Below, piece after piece: positions 15,562 to 24,400 of a stretch of DNA of 64,000 nucleotides. Both the position numbers and the translations under genes were made by a program. Location: positions 14,843 to 78,842 of the forward strand of contig CALMZQ010000020.1 of NCBI GenBank assembly GCA_937870915.1, read 5' to 3'. The first letter of the stretch is position 1; each line of letters opens with the position of its first letter. The notes under the pieces were generated by a model. It searched no databases. It was not told the origin of the DNA and saw only the letters and a list, made by a program, of their open reading frames with translations. This DNA comes from an uncultured Ignavibacteria bacterium (GTDB lineage: Bacteria; Bacteroidota; Ignavibacteria; Kapaibacteriales; Kapaibacteriaceae).

Positions 15562-18069
15562 GTGAGAAGGGAAACTTGCGAGGACTTCGTCGAGTTTGGC
15601 GATGTCCCTGCCCCCTGCCGTTGCCATGTGGGGTTTGCCGCCACCACCACCACCGAGTTCTTTGGCAACGATGCCAACGAGCTTGCCGGCGCTGTGGGTT
15701 TTGGTGAGGTCATCGGTCACAACACAGACGAGCTGAACCTTGTCATCGAGCACACAGCCGAGGAGGCCGATGCCACTCTTGAGCGATGAACGAAGTTCAT
15801 CTCCGAGGTCCTTGAGTTGTTCGGTGTCGGAGACGGTTACTCGTGCAGATGCAACGCGAATGTCACCAACGACAACAGCGGAAGCAACGATCGATGGGAT
15901 GAGGGTCTTGAGTTCGTCGGTCTTGAGGGATGCGAGTTCTTTTTCGAGCTGTTTGATACGTTCTGTTTGACGCGCCATGTCATCGGACATGATGTCACGC
16001 TTGGCATCGAGCTCCTTGAGCCACGTTGGAATGCTGCGTCCGGCAATCGCTTCAAGACGACGTACGCCGCTGGCCACACTGCTCTCTCCAAGGATCTTGA
16101 AGAGTCCGATCTCGCTCGTGTTCTGCACGTGTGTACCACCGCAGAACTCCACAGAAAACTTCTCGTCGATGAAGACTACGCGGACGTTGTCGCCATACTT
16201 ATCACCAAAGAACATCTTCACGCCTGGAACGGTGCGTGCCTTTTCAATAGGCATATCCTCTGTGTGAACGGCTATAGACTCAAAGATCTTTTCGTTGACC
16301 ATGTCTTCCACGGCTTGGATCTCATCTGGGCGCATACGCTCAAAGTGAGCGAAGTCGAACCGAAGGTGTTCGGGTGCAACCAACGACCCGGCCTGTTGAA
16401 CATGAGATCCGAGAACCCTGCGTAATGCCTCGTGGAGTAGGTGCGTTACGGAATGTTCTCTTTCGATGTCTTTGCGACGCGGTGCGTCCACTTGTGCCAG
16501 TGCAACATCACCGATTGCCGCATCAACATCCGTCTCACAGATATGCACTATGGCATCGCCATGTTTCCGTACGTCTTCAACTCTGAACGGGATGCCCCCT
16601 ACTATGAGCTGTCCGGTATCTGCTACCTGACCGCCCATTTCTACATAGAATGGAGTTTCTGCAAGCACAATGAGATTTCCTTCTGCGTGAACAACAGGCG
16701 ATGTAGTCTCAGTGCTGTTATACCCCACAAAACGTGACATCGCATCGATAGAAAGTTTTGACGCTTCTTGTGAATGGCTCTTACGCGCAGCACGAGAACG
16801 AGCGCGCTGGGCATCGAGATGTATTTGATACCCGGCTTCATCAACAGTAAGTCCACGCTCACGAGCAATGAGCTGCGTAAGGTCCAACGGGAAACCAAAA
16901 GTATCGTAGAGTTCAAATGCATCAGCACCTCCAACAACTCCGGAGGAAGCATCAACAGCATCGAAACGCAGGAGCCCCCTATCGAGAGTTGCAAGGAAGG
17001 ATTCTTCTTCGGCCTTGATGATTCGTTCGATAACGCTGCGGCGTGCGATGAGTTCCGGGAACTTGTCACCCATTGTTTCGCAGAGGATGGCTACGTGTTT
17101 CCAGAGCACGGGTTCGGTAAGGCCAAGGTTGCGGGCGTAGCGGGCTGCTCTGCGAAGGATGCGACGCAACACATAGCCCCTTCCCTCATTACCGGGATGA
17201 GCACCGTCTGCAATGGCAAATGACAGAGTGCGGATGTGATCGGCGATCACACGCATTGCAACGCCGTCGGGATTGTCAAGCTCTGTACGGTATGTACGCC
17301 CGCAGAGGTCCTCGGTGAAGGCTATGATCGGTTGGAAGACATCCGTATCGTAGTTGGAGTCCTTTTTCTGCATCACGGCGCAGAGACGTTCAAAACCCAT
17401 ACCTGTATCTACGTGACGTGACGGCAGGTCTTCTAACGTCCCGTCGTTTGTGCGGTTGTATTGGATGAAGACGTTGTTCCATATCTCGATCACTTCCGGC
17501 ACACCGGCGTTCACGAGAGGTCCACCACTCAGGTCAGGCGTGCGATCGAAATGGATCTCCGTACACGGACCACACGGCCCCGTATCACCCATTTCCCAAA
17601 AGTTGTCCTTTTCATCGAAGCGATGAATGTGCGATTCAGGCAGATACTTCTTCCAGATCTCGTAGGACTCATCGTCCGTGCGATAGACCGTGGCGTGGAG
17701 TCGGTCCTTGGGCAATTTCAGTTCACTCGTCAGAAACTCCCACGACCAGCCAATAGCTTCTTCTTTGAAATAATCTCCGAAGCTCCAGTTACCGAGCATC
17801 TCAAAAAACGTGTGGTGATACGTATCGTATCCCACTTCTTCGAGGTCATTGTGTTTGCCCGAAACACGGATACACTTCTGCGTATCAACGGCTCGTGTGT
17901 ATTCTCGCTTGCCCGTTCCAAGGAACACATCCTTGAACTGATTCATCCCGGCGTTTGTAAAGAGCAGCGTAGGATCGCCATGTGGAACCACCGGTGCCGA
18001 TGGAACGATGCGATGTCCACGTGCCGCAAAGAAGTCGAGGTACGCCTGTCTGATCTGTCGTGATGTCAT
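15550..18069 (-). CDS. alaS: alanine--tRNA ligase
   Basis: MTSRQIRQAYLDFFAARGHRIVPSAPVVPHGDPTLLFTNAGMNQFKDVFLG, an editing-domain HxxxH region (HSVTHLLH) and a C-terminal DHHA1-like GGGGGKPHMA. Confidence 0.95.
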   Translation of the reverse strand: MTSRQIRQAYLDFFAARGHRIVPSAPVVPHGDPTLLFTNAGMNQFKDVFLGTGKREYTRAVDTQKCIRVSGKHNDLEEVGYDTYHHTFFEMLGNWSFGDYFKEEAIGWSWEFLTSELKLPKDRLHATVYRTDDESYEIWKKYLPESHIHRFDEKDNFWEMGDTGPCGPCTEIHFDRTPDLSGGPLVNAGVPEVIEIWNNVFIQYNRTNDGTLEDLPSRHVDTGMGFERLCAVMQKKDSNYDTDVFQPIIAFTEDLCGRTYRTELDNPDGVAMRVIADHIRTLSFAIADGAHPGNEGRGYVLRRILRRAARYARNLGLTEPVLWKHVAILCETMGDKFPELIARRSVIERIIKAEEESFLATLDRGLLRFDAVDASSGVVGGADAFELYDTFGFPLDLTQLIARERGLTVDEAGYQIHLDAQRARSRAARKSHSQEASKLSIDAMSRFVGYNSTETTSPVVHAEGNLIVLAETPFYVEMGGQVADTGQLIVGGIPFRVEDVRKHGDAIVHICETDVDAAIGDVALAQVDAPRRKDIEREHSVTHLLHEALRRVLGSHVQQAGSLVAPEHLRFDFAHFERMRPDEIQAVEDMVNEKIFESIAVHTEDMPIEKARTVPGVKMFFGDKYGDNVRVVFIDEKFSVEFCGGTHVQNTSEIGLFKILGESSVASGVRRLEAIAGRSIPTWLKELDAKRDIMSDDMARQTERIKQLEKELASLKTDELKTLIPSIVASAVVVGDIRVASARVTVSDTEQLKDLGDELRSSLKSGIGLLGCVLDDKVQLVCVVTDDLTKTHSAGKLVGIVAKELGGGGGGKPHMATAGGRDIAKLDEVLASFPSHVGL

Positions 18070-18100
18070 GATGCCGGTGTGATACGGAGAAACGAAACCA

Positions 18101-18108
18101 CAAAAGTA
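18101..18108 (-). promoter_or_regulatory. possible -7 box TACTTTTG, 31 nt upstream of alaS ATG
   Basis: Exact TAnnTTTG on the minus strand. At this distance a chance match cannot be excluded. Confidence 0.3.
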
Positions 18109-18196
18109 CGGCAGAGAAAGGTCTTTGTAGGGGGCAGGTTATCAACTGCTTTCCAGCCCCCCTCTCGATTACCTAAGCTCACCCCCCCAACCTTGA

Positions 18197-18315
18197 ATGT
18201 AATGACGTAGTGACCTAGTGACGAAATGACGATCTGTCGTTTCGTCATACCGTCATTACGAGCGTAGCCAGTAAGGTCATTTCGTCATTACGAGCGTAGC
18301 GAGTAAAGTCATTTC
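18197..18315. repeat. ATGAC/GTCAT octamer block with polarity switch, followed by two tandem 32-nt units
   Basis: The 32-nt units at 18252-18283 and 18284-18315 differ from each other at 2 positions. After rotation they are 28/32 identical to the reverse complement of the 3132-3163 unit. Confidence 0.9.
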
Positions 18316-18321
18316 ATGGGG

Positions 18322-18329
18322 TACTTTTG
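18322..18329 (+). promoter_or_regulatory. -7 promoter box TACTTTTG, 4 nt upstream of ATG 18334
   Basis: Exact TAnnTTTG at fixed short spacing. It lies downstream of the first ATG (18316), arguing for the 18334 start. Confidence 0.5.
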
Positions 18330-18333
18330 TCCC

Positions 18334-19509
18334 ATGATCTCTCCCTTCCTCTCCTCTGCTTCGGCCTTTGTGGCCACGTTCTCCAAGCCCCCTAAGGGAT
18401 CTGATGTCCAGAAGGTAGTGGTCTCGGGCGTCAATTCGGCAGAGGGATGGAGTATCCGGACCGAGCGGTTCACGGAGAAACAGGCCTTCACAGATCCAAC
18501 GGTAAAGATTGTGGGCGACCCATCACCGGCGCTCACGCCTTGGCTGGAGAGAACATTTCGTCAAGTCCTCGTGCAAACCCCGGAGGCTGATCTTCAGATC
18601 CTCAGGACGTTTAAAGGGGGCGAAGTGAGAACCTCAACAAAACGTCTGCCGCCTTCGCGCACTCGCTGGGATGGAGTTGCTGCCGACAGAACAAAGCAGA
18701 GAAGTCTTACTCCAGAGAATGACGCAGCCTTTCTTATAGCGCTCGACATTGCAACAGCGGATGGGAAGATCAAGGCCTCTATGGCCGATAAATTTCGTCA
18801 GGTGAATCACCTTCTTGCAGGGGCTCGTTTGGCCTCGACCAATAATGGACCGTATCGTATCGTTGATGCAGGCTGCGGTAAAGCCTACCTCTCTCTCTCA
18901 CTCATGTATGTACTGCAGCGTGAGGGTGTTGATGCTCATCTCCATGGGATAGATGCCAATCAACATGTGGTCGATCATTGTACCTCGGTGGCACAAAGGC
19001 TTGCACTCACAAATGCCACGTTTACATGTGAACGCATTGGTGACGTAGTACCAACACAAGAATGTGATCTGCTCATTGCACTTCATGCATGTGATACAGC
19101 AACAGATGAAGCATTAGCTCTCGGTCTTGAGATGAAGGCGAAGAAGATGCTTGTTGCTCCGTGCTGTCACCACGAAGTGCAGAAACAATTACGTAAGGAA
19201 TCGGTTCCTGATTATGCCCGCCCCCTCCTCGATGATGGAATTACGAGGGAACGATTAGGCGACCTCCTCACAGATTCCATGAGACGAGACATTCTTCGGT
19301 CACTAGGCTATGAAGCCCACCTCGAGGAATTCATATCGCTGGAACACACACAGAAGAACATTCTCCTACGTGCAGAGTTCACCGATACGAACGAACGCGA
19401 CCGACTCCAATGGGCCGATCGCGTTCGTGCGATGATCACAGCATGGGGCGCATCACCACGGTTGATGTCCATGGTTGAGCTGCCGTCCAACAAGCCCCCT
19501 ATCGCATAA
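18334..19509 (+). CDS. class I SAM-dependent methyltransferase (Methyltransf_32-like)
   Basis: SAM motif I, RIVDAGCGKAYLSLSL, then LHACDTATDEAL and VAPCCHHEV. Confidence 0.7.
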   Translation: MISPFLSSASAFVATFSKPPKGSDVQKVVVSGVNSAEGWSIRTERFTEKQAFTDPTVKIVGDPSPALTPWLERTFRQVLVQTPEADLQILRTFKGGEVRTSTKRLPPSRTRWDGVAADRTKQRSLTPENDAAFLIALDIATADGKIKASMADKFRQVNHLLAGARLASTNNGPYRIVDAGCGKAYLSLSLMYVLQREGVDAHLHGIDANQHVVDHCTSVAQRLALTNATFTCERIGDVVPTQECDLLIALHACDTATDEALALGLEMKAKKMLVAPCCHHEVQKQLRKESVPDYARPLLDDGITRERLGDLLTDSMRRDILRSLGYEAHLEEFISLEHTQKNILLRAEFTDTNERDRLQWADRVRAMITAWGASPRLMSMVELPSNKPPIA

Positions 19510-19954
19510 TGAGCAAGGGGCTTCTCTTTTCAACGAAGCCATCAATGAAGGCCACAACATACATTCCTGTTGTAAGGTGTTGCACATTCAACGTACTCAT
19601 TATTTGTCCTTGCGTCATGGCCTGCTCGGCAACCGTGCGCCCGGCAACATCTGTGACGATGAGTCGAGAATTGATACCGCTGACGACGTTGCCGAGCTGA
19701 ACCATAACCGTTGATGTTGTAGGATTGGGTGCAAGCGTGAACGCCGATGAAACATCATTGCCCCCGTTTACACTGTTCACCGTAGCCGTAGTGCGCTTTG
19801 TGATGTTGCCTCTACCGTCATAGGTATAGGTTGTTTGTTTTCCGCCGGCATATCGTACCGTGGCAATGCGACCAACTGCATCGTATGTGTAGGTCTGTGA
19901 CCATGCACATGTGGATGCGACGATTGCTGCGATGAGAATGATGATGGTTTTCAT
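19499..19954 (-). CDS. mini YD-repeat protein with signal peptide and T9SS type-A C-terminal sorting domain
   Basis: MKTIIILIAAIVASTCAWSQ signal peptide and two YD repeats (YTYDAVGRIATVRYAGGKQTTYTYDGRGNITKR). About 85-aa CTD (FTLAPNPTTSTVMVQL...LIVTDVAGRTV...LTTGMYVVAFIDG...). Starts 10 nt downstream of the Rhs gene stop. Confidence 0.75.
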   Translation of the reverse strand: MKTIIILIAAIVASTCAWSQTYTYDAVGRIATVRYAGGKQTTYTYDGRGNITKRTTATVNSVNGGNDVSSAFTLAPNPTTSTVMVQLGNVVSGINSRLIVTDVAGRTVAEQAMTQGQIMSTLNVQHLTTGMYVVAFIDGFVEKRSPLLIMR

Positions 19955-19963
19955 TGTTGACCC

Positions 19964-22900
19964 TTAAAAGACGATGAAATATTCAAGGATGTCTCGCGCC
20001 CAATCCGGCAGATAACTACCACGACCTGAGCCTCCGGCCGGTGCCCGTTTTCCGCCCGGGACTGGGGCTGGCGTAGGCGCTGGTGGCGGCGTTGGCACAG
20101 GTGCCGGTGCTGGTGGTGGGTTGTTCGTACCAGTCGGCCTAGGTTTTGGTGTTGGGCGTGGACGTGGCTGCGACCGCACTTCGCGTGCTCGGCGCTCGGC
20201 TTGGCGATCTAACTCGCGCTGCTGCGCCTCAGCAAGAATGATGTCATTGATCGCTGCTGCTTTCGCCAATGCACGATCACTGTTCCGGCGTGAGTCTTCG
20301 AGCCAATCGGTTGTTGGGACATTGGGTTCTGGTGTTGCCCCGGAAGCATCATGGGAATTGATTGGATCGCCCCATGCAAAGGCATACGCATTGAAGGCAC
20401 GAGGGTCCAACAGTTCCACGGGATCTTCGGATGTGAATCGTCCGGTGGTTGCATCGTAGATGCGCGAGCCCATCACGAATTGTGAAGAACCGGGCGTCCA
20501 TGTACCTCTCTGACCACCATATTGGAACGGCACCATGGTCTCTCCATCTGATGCAAGGGGCTCTCCATATGCCCCATAGGCAAACCGTGCTACCACCGTC
20601 CCATTGTCATCGCTTACCATCACAACGTTTCCGCTGGCATCATAGTGGAAGAAACGATGTTCTCCGTTGACCGAATTCACCATGCCGAAAACGCCATCTT
20701 CAACTGTAGCAAGAACGACCCACGTTTGACCATTCACCGTAACCAATTGCGGAAGACCACCGAGAACATCATTGAGGACAACAACAACGGAGTCGGCTCC
20801 ATTGCGGATTCCAACAACTCTATCGAAACCATCGAATATGAACTCACCAATTGCCGGATGTACCGGCGTCGTGAGCTCGTTCGCTGTGGTATACGTCATG
20901 GATTTGTCTTCATCAACGGGTGTTGCAACGAGATGTCCCTGCGATTGAATAGATGTGATCTTACCATCTGCTGCTCGTGTGACCATCATAGAGATTGATG
21001 GACCCTCTTCGATAGCCGTTACCGCGCCCGTACCATCACGACTATATCGTGTGGTCAAGGCTGCTGACCGCTGCGTTTCGATGATCGAACCATTGGCATC
21101 ACGCACGAGTGTAATTGTTGCTCCGGTCCAATCCGATAGCGTCTTCACACGGCGCATTGCATCGTAGGTATAGGTAATGTTCCTACCGGGTTCAACGGTT
21201 ACGCTCGCAACGGTTCCATCTGCGTTCGAAGAGATCTCTGAGCCATTGCTCTCTGATATTGCTCCGGAGGCATCATAGGTACGATGTACACGTGTCGAAG
21301 AAGTGAGCCGTCCGCCAGTATCATACGTATACATATGGCGTGGGGAATTGGATTTGCGTTGTTCAACGATGTCTCCCCTCCTGTTGCGTCGAAGCTCTGT
21401 TACCACACCACTTGCATCTGTGATCGAGCGCACACGCCCCCTAACATCATAATCGTAGGACGTTGTTTTTCCCGTTGGATCAGTCCGAAGAGTGAGGAGA
21501 TCTAGGGCGTTATAGGCATAGGTCCATACCCCACCATCACCATCACGAACAACAGTGATCCTTCCAAGAGTGTCGTAGGACATCACTGTGCCTACCGTTC
21601 CATGTTGCCACCGCGTGATCTGTCCTGGTCTTCCGTATGTATGAGTAGTCGATCGCTGAACGGCATCTCGGTATTCAATGAGGTCACCCGATGCGTCATT
21701 GGTAAACCTTTCTGCACCACCTATCGGAGATGTTACATCACTGATCAATCCCCGCCCATCATACTGGAACTCTGTTGCTCCTCCGGCACGAGCTTCATGT
21801 CTCGTCATATATCCATCGGCATTGTTGGTAAAGAGTTCTTTTCTACTCTCTGCATTAGCAATGGCAGACAACCACCCGGCGCTGTCATACTCTCGCGAGG
21901 TATAGATGTTAGTACCTACATGTGTTGTGGTGAGACGCCCGGCATCGTCATAGTCCAGAGTAACGGCATCTCGCCCTGGTCTACTCATGCTCGTCATTCT
22001 TCCGGTGCGATCAACTCCATACGTTGTGACTATTCCGCTAGGAGTTGTTGCACTTGCTACATTGCCCCACCGGTCATAGGTCCAGCTAGTAGAGGCTCCC
22101 ATTTCGTCCGTATAGGTGACAACCCTACCCTGAGCATCGTAATCAAATGAAACACGTGATGTGTCGGGGTACACGATCGTCGCGATGTCGCCACGTCCGT
22201 TTGTTGTGTACATGGTAACGGCACCAAGCGCATCACGCATCGATGTGATGTGACCACGTGCATCGTACGTATATGACGTTGTGGCAGACATTGACTGCGC
22301 AACCGTGACCAATCCGGTCTTCGTATTGCGTGTATAGGTAAAGGGGCGTGTGGATCCTTCAACGCGTGTTAGCCAACCTTGGCCGTCACGTTCATATGTT
22401 ATCCGCCGGCCCATTTCATCCACATGAGAAGTGCAATCCCATACCGTTGCTCCATTCCAGTTCCGCGAGCGATACTCCCACTGTTCAGTGCCACCGTTGC
22501 CATGCCTGATACTTGCAATCCGTCCACTACTATGCCATGTGAAACGTACAGTATCGCCCCCTGCAGAAACAATGGTTGATGGTCTGTTTAATGCGTCGTA
22601 GGCAAAGCGCATTTGTGTTGAACCAGCACCGATTGAGACCACCTGACCTTGCGGATTCCATGTGTGTTCTTCTGCAACACCTTCTCCATCAACAAAGCGT
22701 GATAGGTTTCCGGTGTAGGTGTATGTCGAAGCACGACCTTCTGCATCGGTTTGTGAGGTGATTCGTCCGTTTGCATCATACACATTGATGACCTCAACAA
22801 TCCCGACGCCACGATCCACCGACGTGATCTGTCCAGCTTGTGAACCATACGAATACGATGTTGCATTTCCACCGGTGCGAGTGGCAGATGTGAGTTCATT

Positions 22901-24205
22901 GGCAGCCGAATACGTGTACGTGCACGTTACCGATCCATCGGTTGCAGTGATGATACGTCCCTGATCGTCCGTTGTAAAGGTAATGGAGTGGCCCAGTGAA
23001 TCCGTCACACTCGCAATGAACGTTCCATTCCATCGCACATGCATTGGGATGGTCCCATCATCGATCTTGGTGAGAGCACCTTGGGCATTGAATGTATACT
23101 GAATGCTACGAGTTACATCTGTAACCAGCCAACCACCAGACGCCTCCTGCACCGAGTAGACATTGGTACTTATGGACCGCTGAGTATAGGTGCTGCCCGA
23201 GCGCATAAAGCTCACGCGATCAAAGCCGGGAAGCTGAACGAACAGCTCGTTGGGCGAAACGTGGAGAGATGCATCAAACGTGTGAGACCAATTCCATCCC
23301 ATGTTGGAGATGAAGCCTGCTGATATACCTGATCCGTCATACATTCGGTGAAAACGAATAGGACCCACCGACATGTGGAGATCAGGCTCCTCTCGCAGGA
23401 TAAACGTACCTGTTCGGGGCGATACAGGATCTCCAAATGTTGACGTCCAGATGTGAGGGCCATCTGTTCCCGCAACTGTATCTCCGTTGGAAGGGGGCGT
23501 GCGTGGGGAAACAACGATGTAGTCGTGACCCTTTGGAGATCCCGTCTCACACTCCCGCCATGCAAATCCCACGGCCGTGGCCATCACATCTGCGCCCTTT
23601 GCCGTCATGGTAAACGTTACAGACTGTCCATCGGCAATTGTCTGCTCTGTGTCGGGCGTCATATCCCAGAACGTCTCCGAATTCATAAAGGGCAGGATCG
23701 TATAGCAGCAACCAGGTGGAGCCGTATAGGTAATGCCGCCACTGGTGCTTGTGACCAACAATGTGCCCGGTGTGAGAATGGGGCGAGTAGAACACTCAGC
23801 CGCGGCAAGAACAGTCTCGTTCACAACTAGTGTCTGTGGTCCGGTGATATTCGCATCACTATTGGCCTCAATCGTGATTGTGTGAGCCCCTTCCATTGTT
23901 GGCGTCCATGCTTGCTCAGGGATAGCCTCAACACTCTGGCCTGCTCCAACAAACGTTGACCCTGCCATTTGGAACATGATGGCTTGCGTGAGCAGATATC
24001 GCACCGTAATGGTCCATTGCACTGGACCTAATGCATAGACCGAGTTTCTATTTGTAAGCAGAAATCTCAAGATGATCTGTTGCGAGACAAGTGCTTGCGT
24101 TGACCATCGCTTCTGCGGTTGTGCCAGTTCGCCAGCCTGTGTGGTACTGCCTAAGGCTGATACAGCTAGTAGTACCACAAGAATAATCCTACCAAGTACA
24201 TTCAT
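19964..24205 (-). CDS. Rhs/YD-repeat family protein (1413 aa) with Sec signal peptide and atypical proline-rich C-terminal tip
   Basis: Signal peptide MNVLGRIILVVLLAVSALGSTTQAGE and many YD repeats (e.g. YTYDANGRITSQTDAEGRASTYTY, FDYDAQGRVVTYTDEMGASTSWTYDRWGNV). Rhs core end: FFHYDASGNVV...AYGAYGEPL...RIYDATTGRFTSEDPV...NAYAFAWGDPINSHDASGA. Confidence 0.9.
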   Translation of the reverse strand: MNVLGRIILVVLLAVSALGSTTQAGELAQPQKRWSTQALVSQQIILRFLLTNRNSVYALGPVQWTITVRYLLTQAIMFQMAGSTFVGAGQSVEAIPEQAWTPTMEGAHTITIEANSDANITGPQTLVVNETVLAAAECSTRPILTPGTLLVTSTSGGITYTAPPGCCYTILPFMNSETFWDMTPDTEQTIADGQSVTFTMTAKGADVMATAVGFAWRECETGSPKGHDYIVVSPRTPPSNGDTVAGTDGPHIWTSTFGDPVSPRTGTFILREEPDLHMSVGPIRFHRMYDGSGISAGFISNMGWNWSHTFDASLHVSPNELFVQLPGFDRVSFMRSGSTYTQRSISTNVYSVQEASGGWLVTDVTRSIQYTFNAQGALTKIDDGTIPMHVRWNGTFIASVTDSLGHSITFTTDDQGRIITATDGSVTCTYTYSAANELTSATRTGGNATSYSYGSQAGQITSVDRGVGIVEVINVYDANGRITSQTDAEGRASTYTYTGNLSRFVDGEGVAEEHTWNPQGQVVSIGAGSTQMRFAYDALNRPSTIVSAGGDTVRFTWHSSGRIASIRHGNGGTEQWEYRSRNWNGATVWDCTSHVDEMGRRITYERDGQGWLTRVEGSTRPFTYTRNTKTGLVTVAQSMSATTSYTYDARGHITSMRDALGAVTMYTTNGRGDIATIVYPDTSRVSFDYDAQGRVVTYTDEMGASTSWTYDRWGNVASATTPSGIVTTYGVDRTGRMTSMSRPGRDAVTLDYDDAGRLTTTHVGTNIYTSREYDSAGWLSAIANAESRKELFTNNADGYMTRHEARAGGATEFQYDGRGLISDVTSPIGGAERFTNDASGDLIEYRDAVQRSTTHTYGRPGQITRWQHGTVGTVMSYDTLGRITVVRDGDGGVWTYAYNALDLLTLRTDPTGKTTSYDYDVRGRVRSITDASGVVTELRRNRRGDIVEQRKSNSPRHMYTYDTGGRLTSSTRVHRTYDASGAISESNGSEISSNADGTVASVTVEPGRNITYTYDAMRRVKTLSDWTGATITLVRDANGSIIETQRSAALTTRYSRDGTGAVTAIEEGPSISMMVTRAADGKITSIQSQGHLVATPVDEDKSMTYTTANELTTPVHPAIGEFIFDGFDRVVGIRNGADSVVVVLNDVLGGLPQLVTVNGQTWVVLATVEDGVFGMVNSVNGEHRFFHYDASGNVVMVSDDNGTVVARFAYGAYGEPLASDGETMVPFQYGGQRGTWTPGSSQFVMGSRIYDATTGRFTSEDPVELLDPRAFNAYAFAWGDPINSHDASGATPEPNVPTTDWLEDSRRNSDRALAKAAAINDIILAEAQQRELDRQAERRAREVRSQPRPRPTPKPRPTGTNNPPPAPAPVPTPPPAPTPAPVPGGKRAPAGGSGRGSYLPDWARDILEYFIVF

Positions 24206-24290
24206 CGTCCCCTCCGAGTGATTGTGATTTCGAAGGCGAACTTCACACTTCCCGTAACGCCGCGCACCCGGACAAAAGCCGGACAGGGGA

Positions 24291-24386
24291 AATGACGGAA
24301 TGACGGGATGACGGAATGCCGAAATGACGGAATGACGGGATGACAGAGTGACGGAGTGACGGAATGACGGAATGACGGAATGACGG
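24291..24386. repeat. 12 tandem octamers (R)ATGACGG between the TPR-LuxR stop and the Rhs start
   Basis: Counted units: aatgacgg x2, gatgacgg, aatgccga, aatgacgg x2, gatgacag, agtgacgg x2, aatgacgg x3. Confidence 0.95.
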
Positions 24387-24400
24387 AAGAATATGCAGGG

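Noticed and set aside
19967-20335. Rhs C-terminal tip interpreted as a TonB-like or other named domain
   Set aside because: The only similarity is a Pro-rich low-complexity tract. No TonB C-terminal domain or any toxin fold can be recognised by eye, so it is left unassigned.
24291-24386. Tandem arrays considered as CRISPR
   Set aside because: Units are 7-8 nt (up to 32 nt), directly abutting, with no unique spacers. There are no cas genes in the window. They are microsatellite/STRR-like arrays rather than CRISPR.
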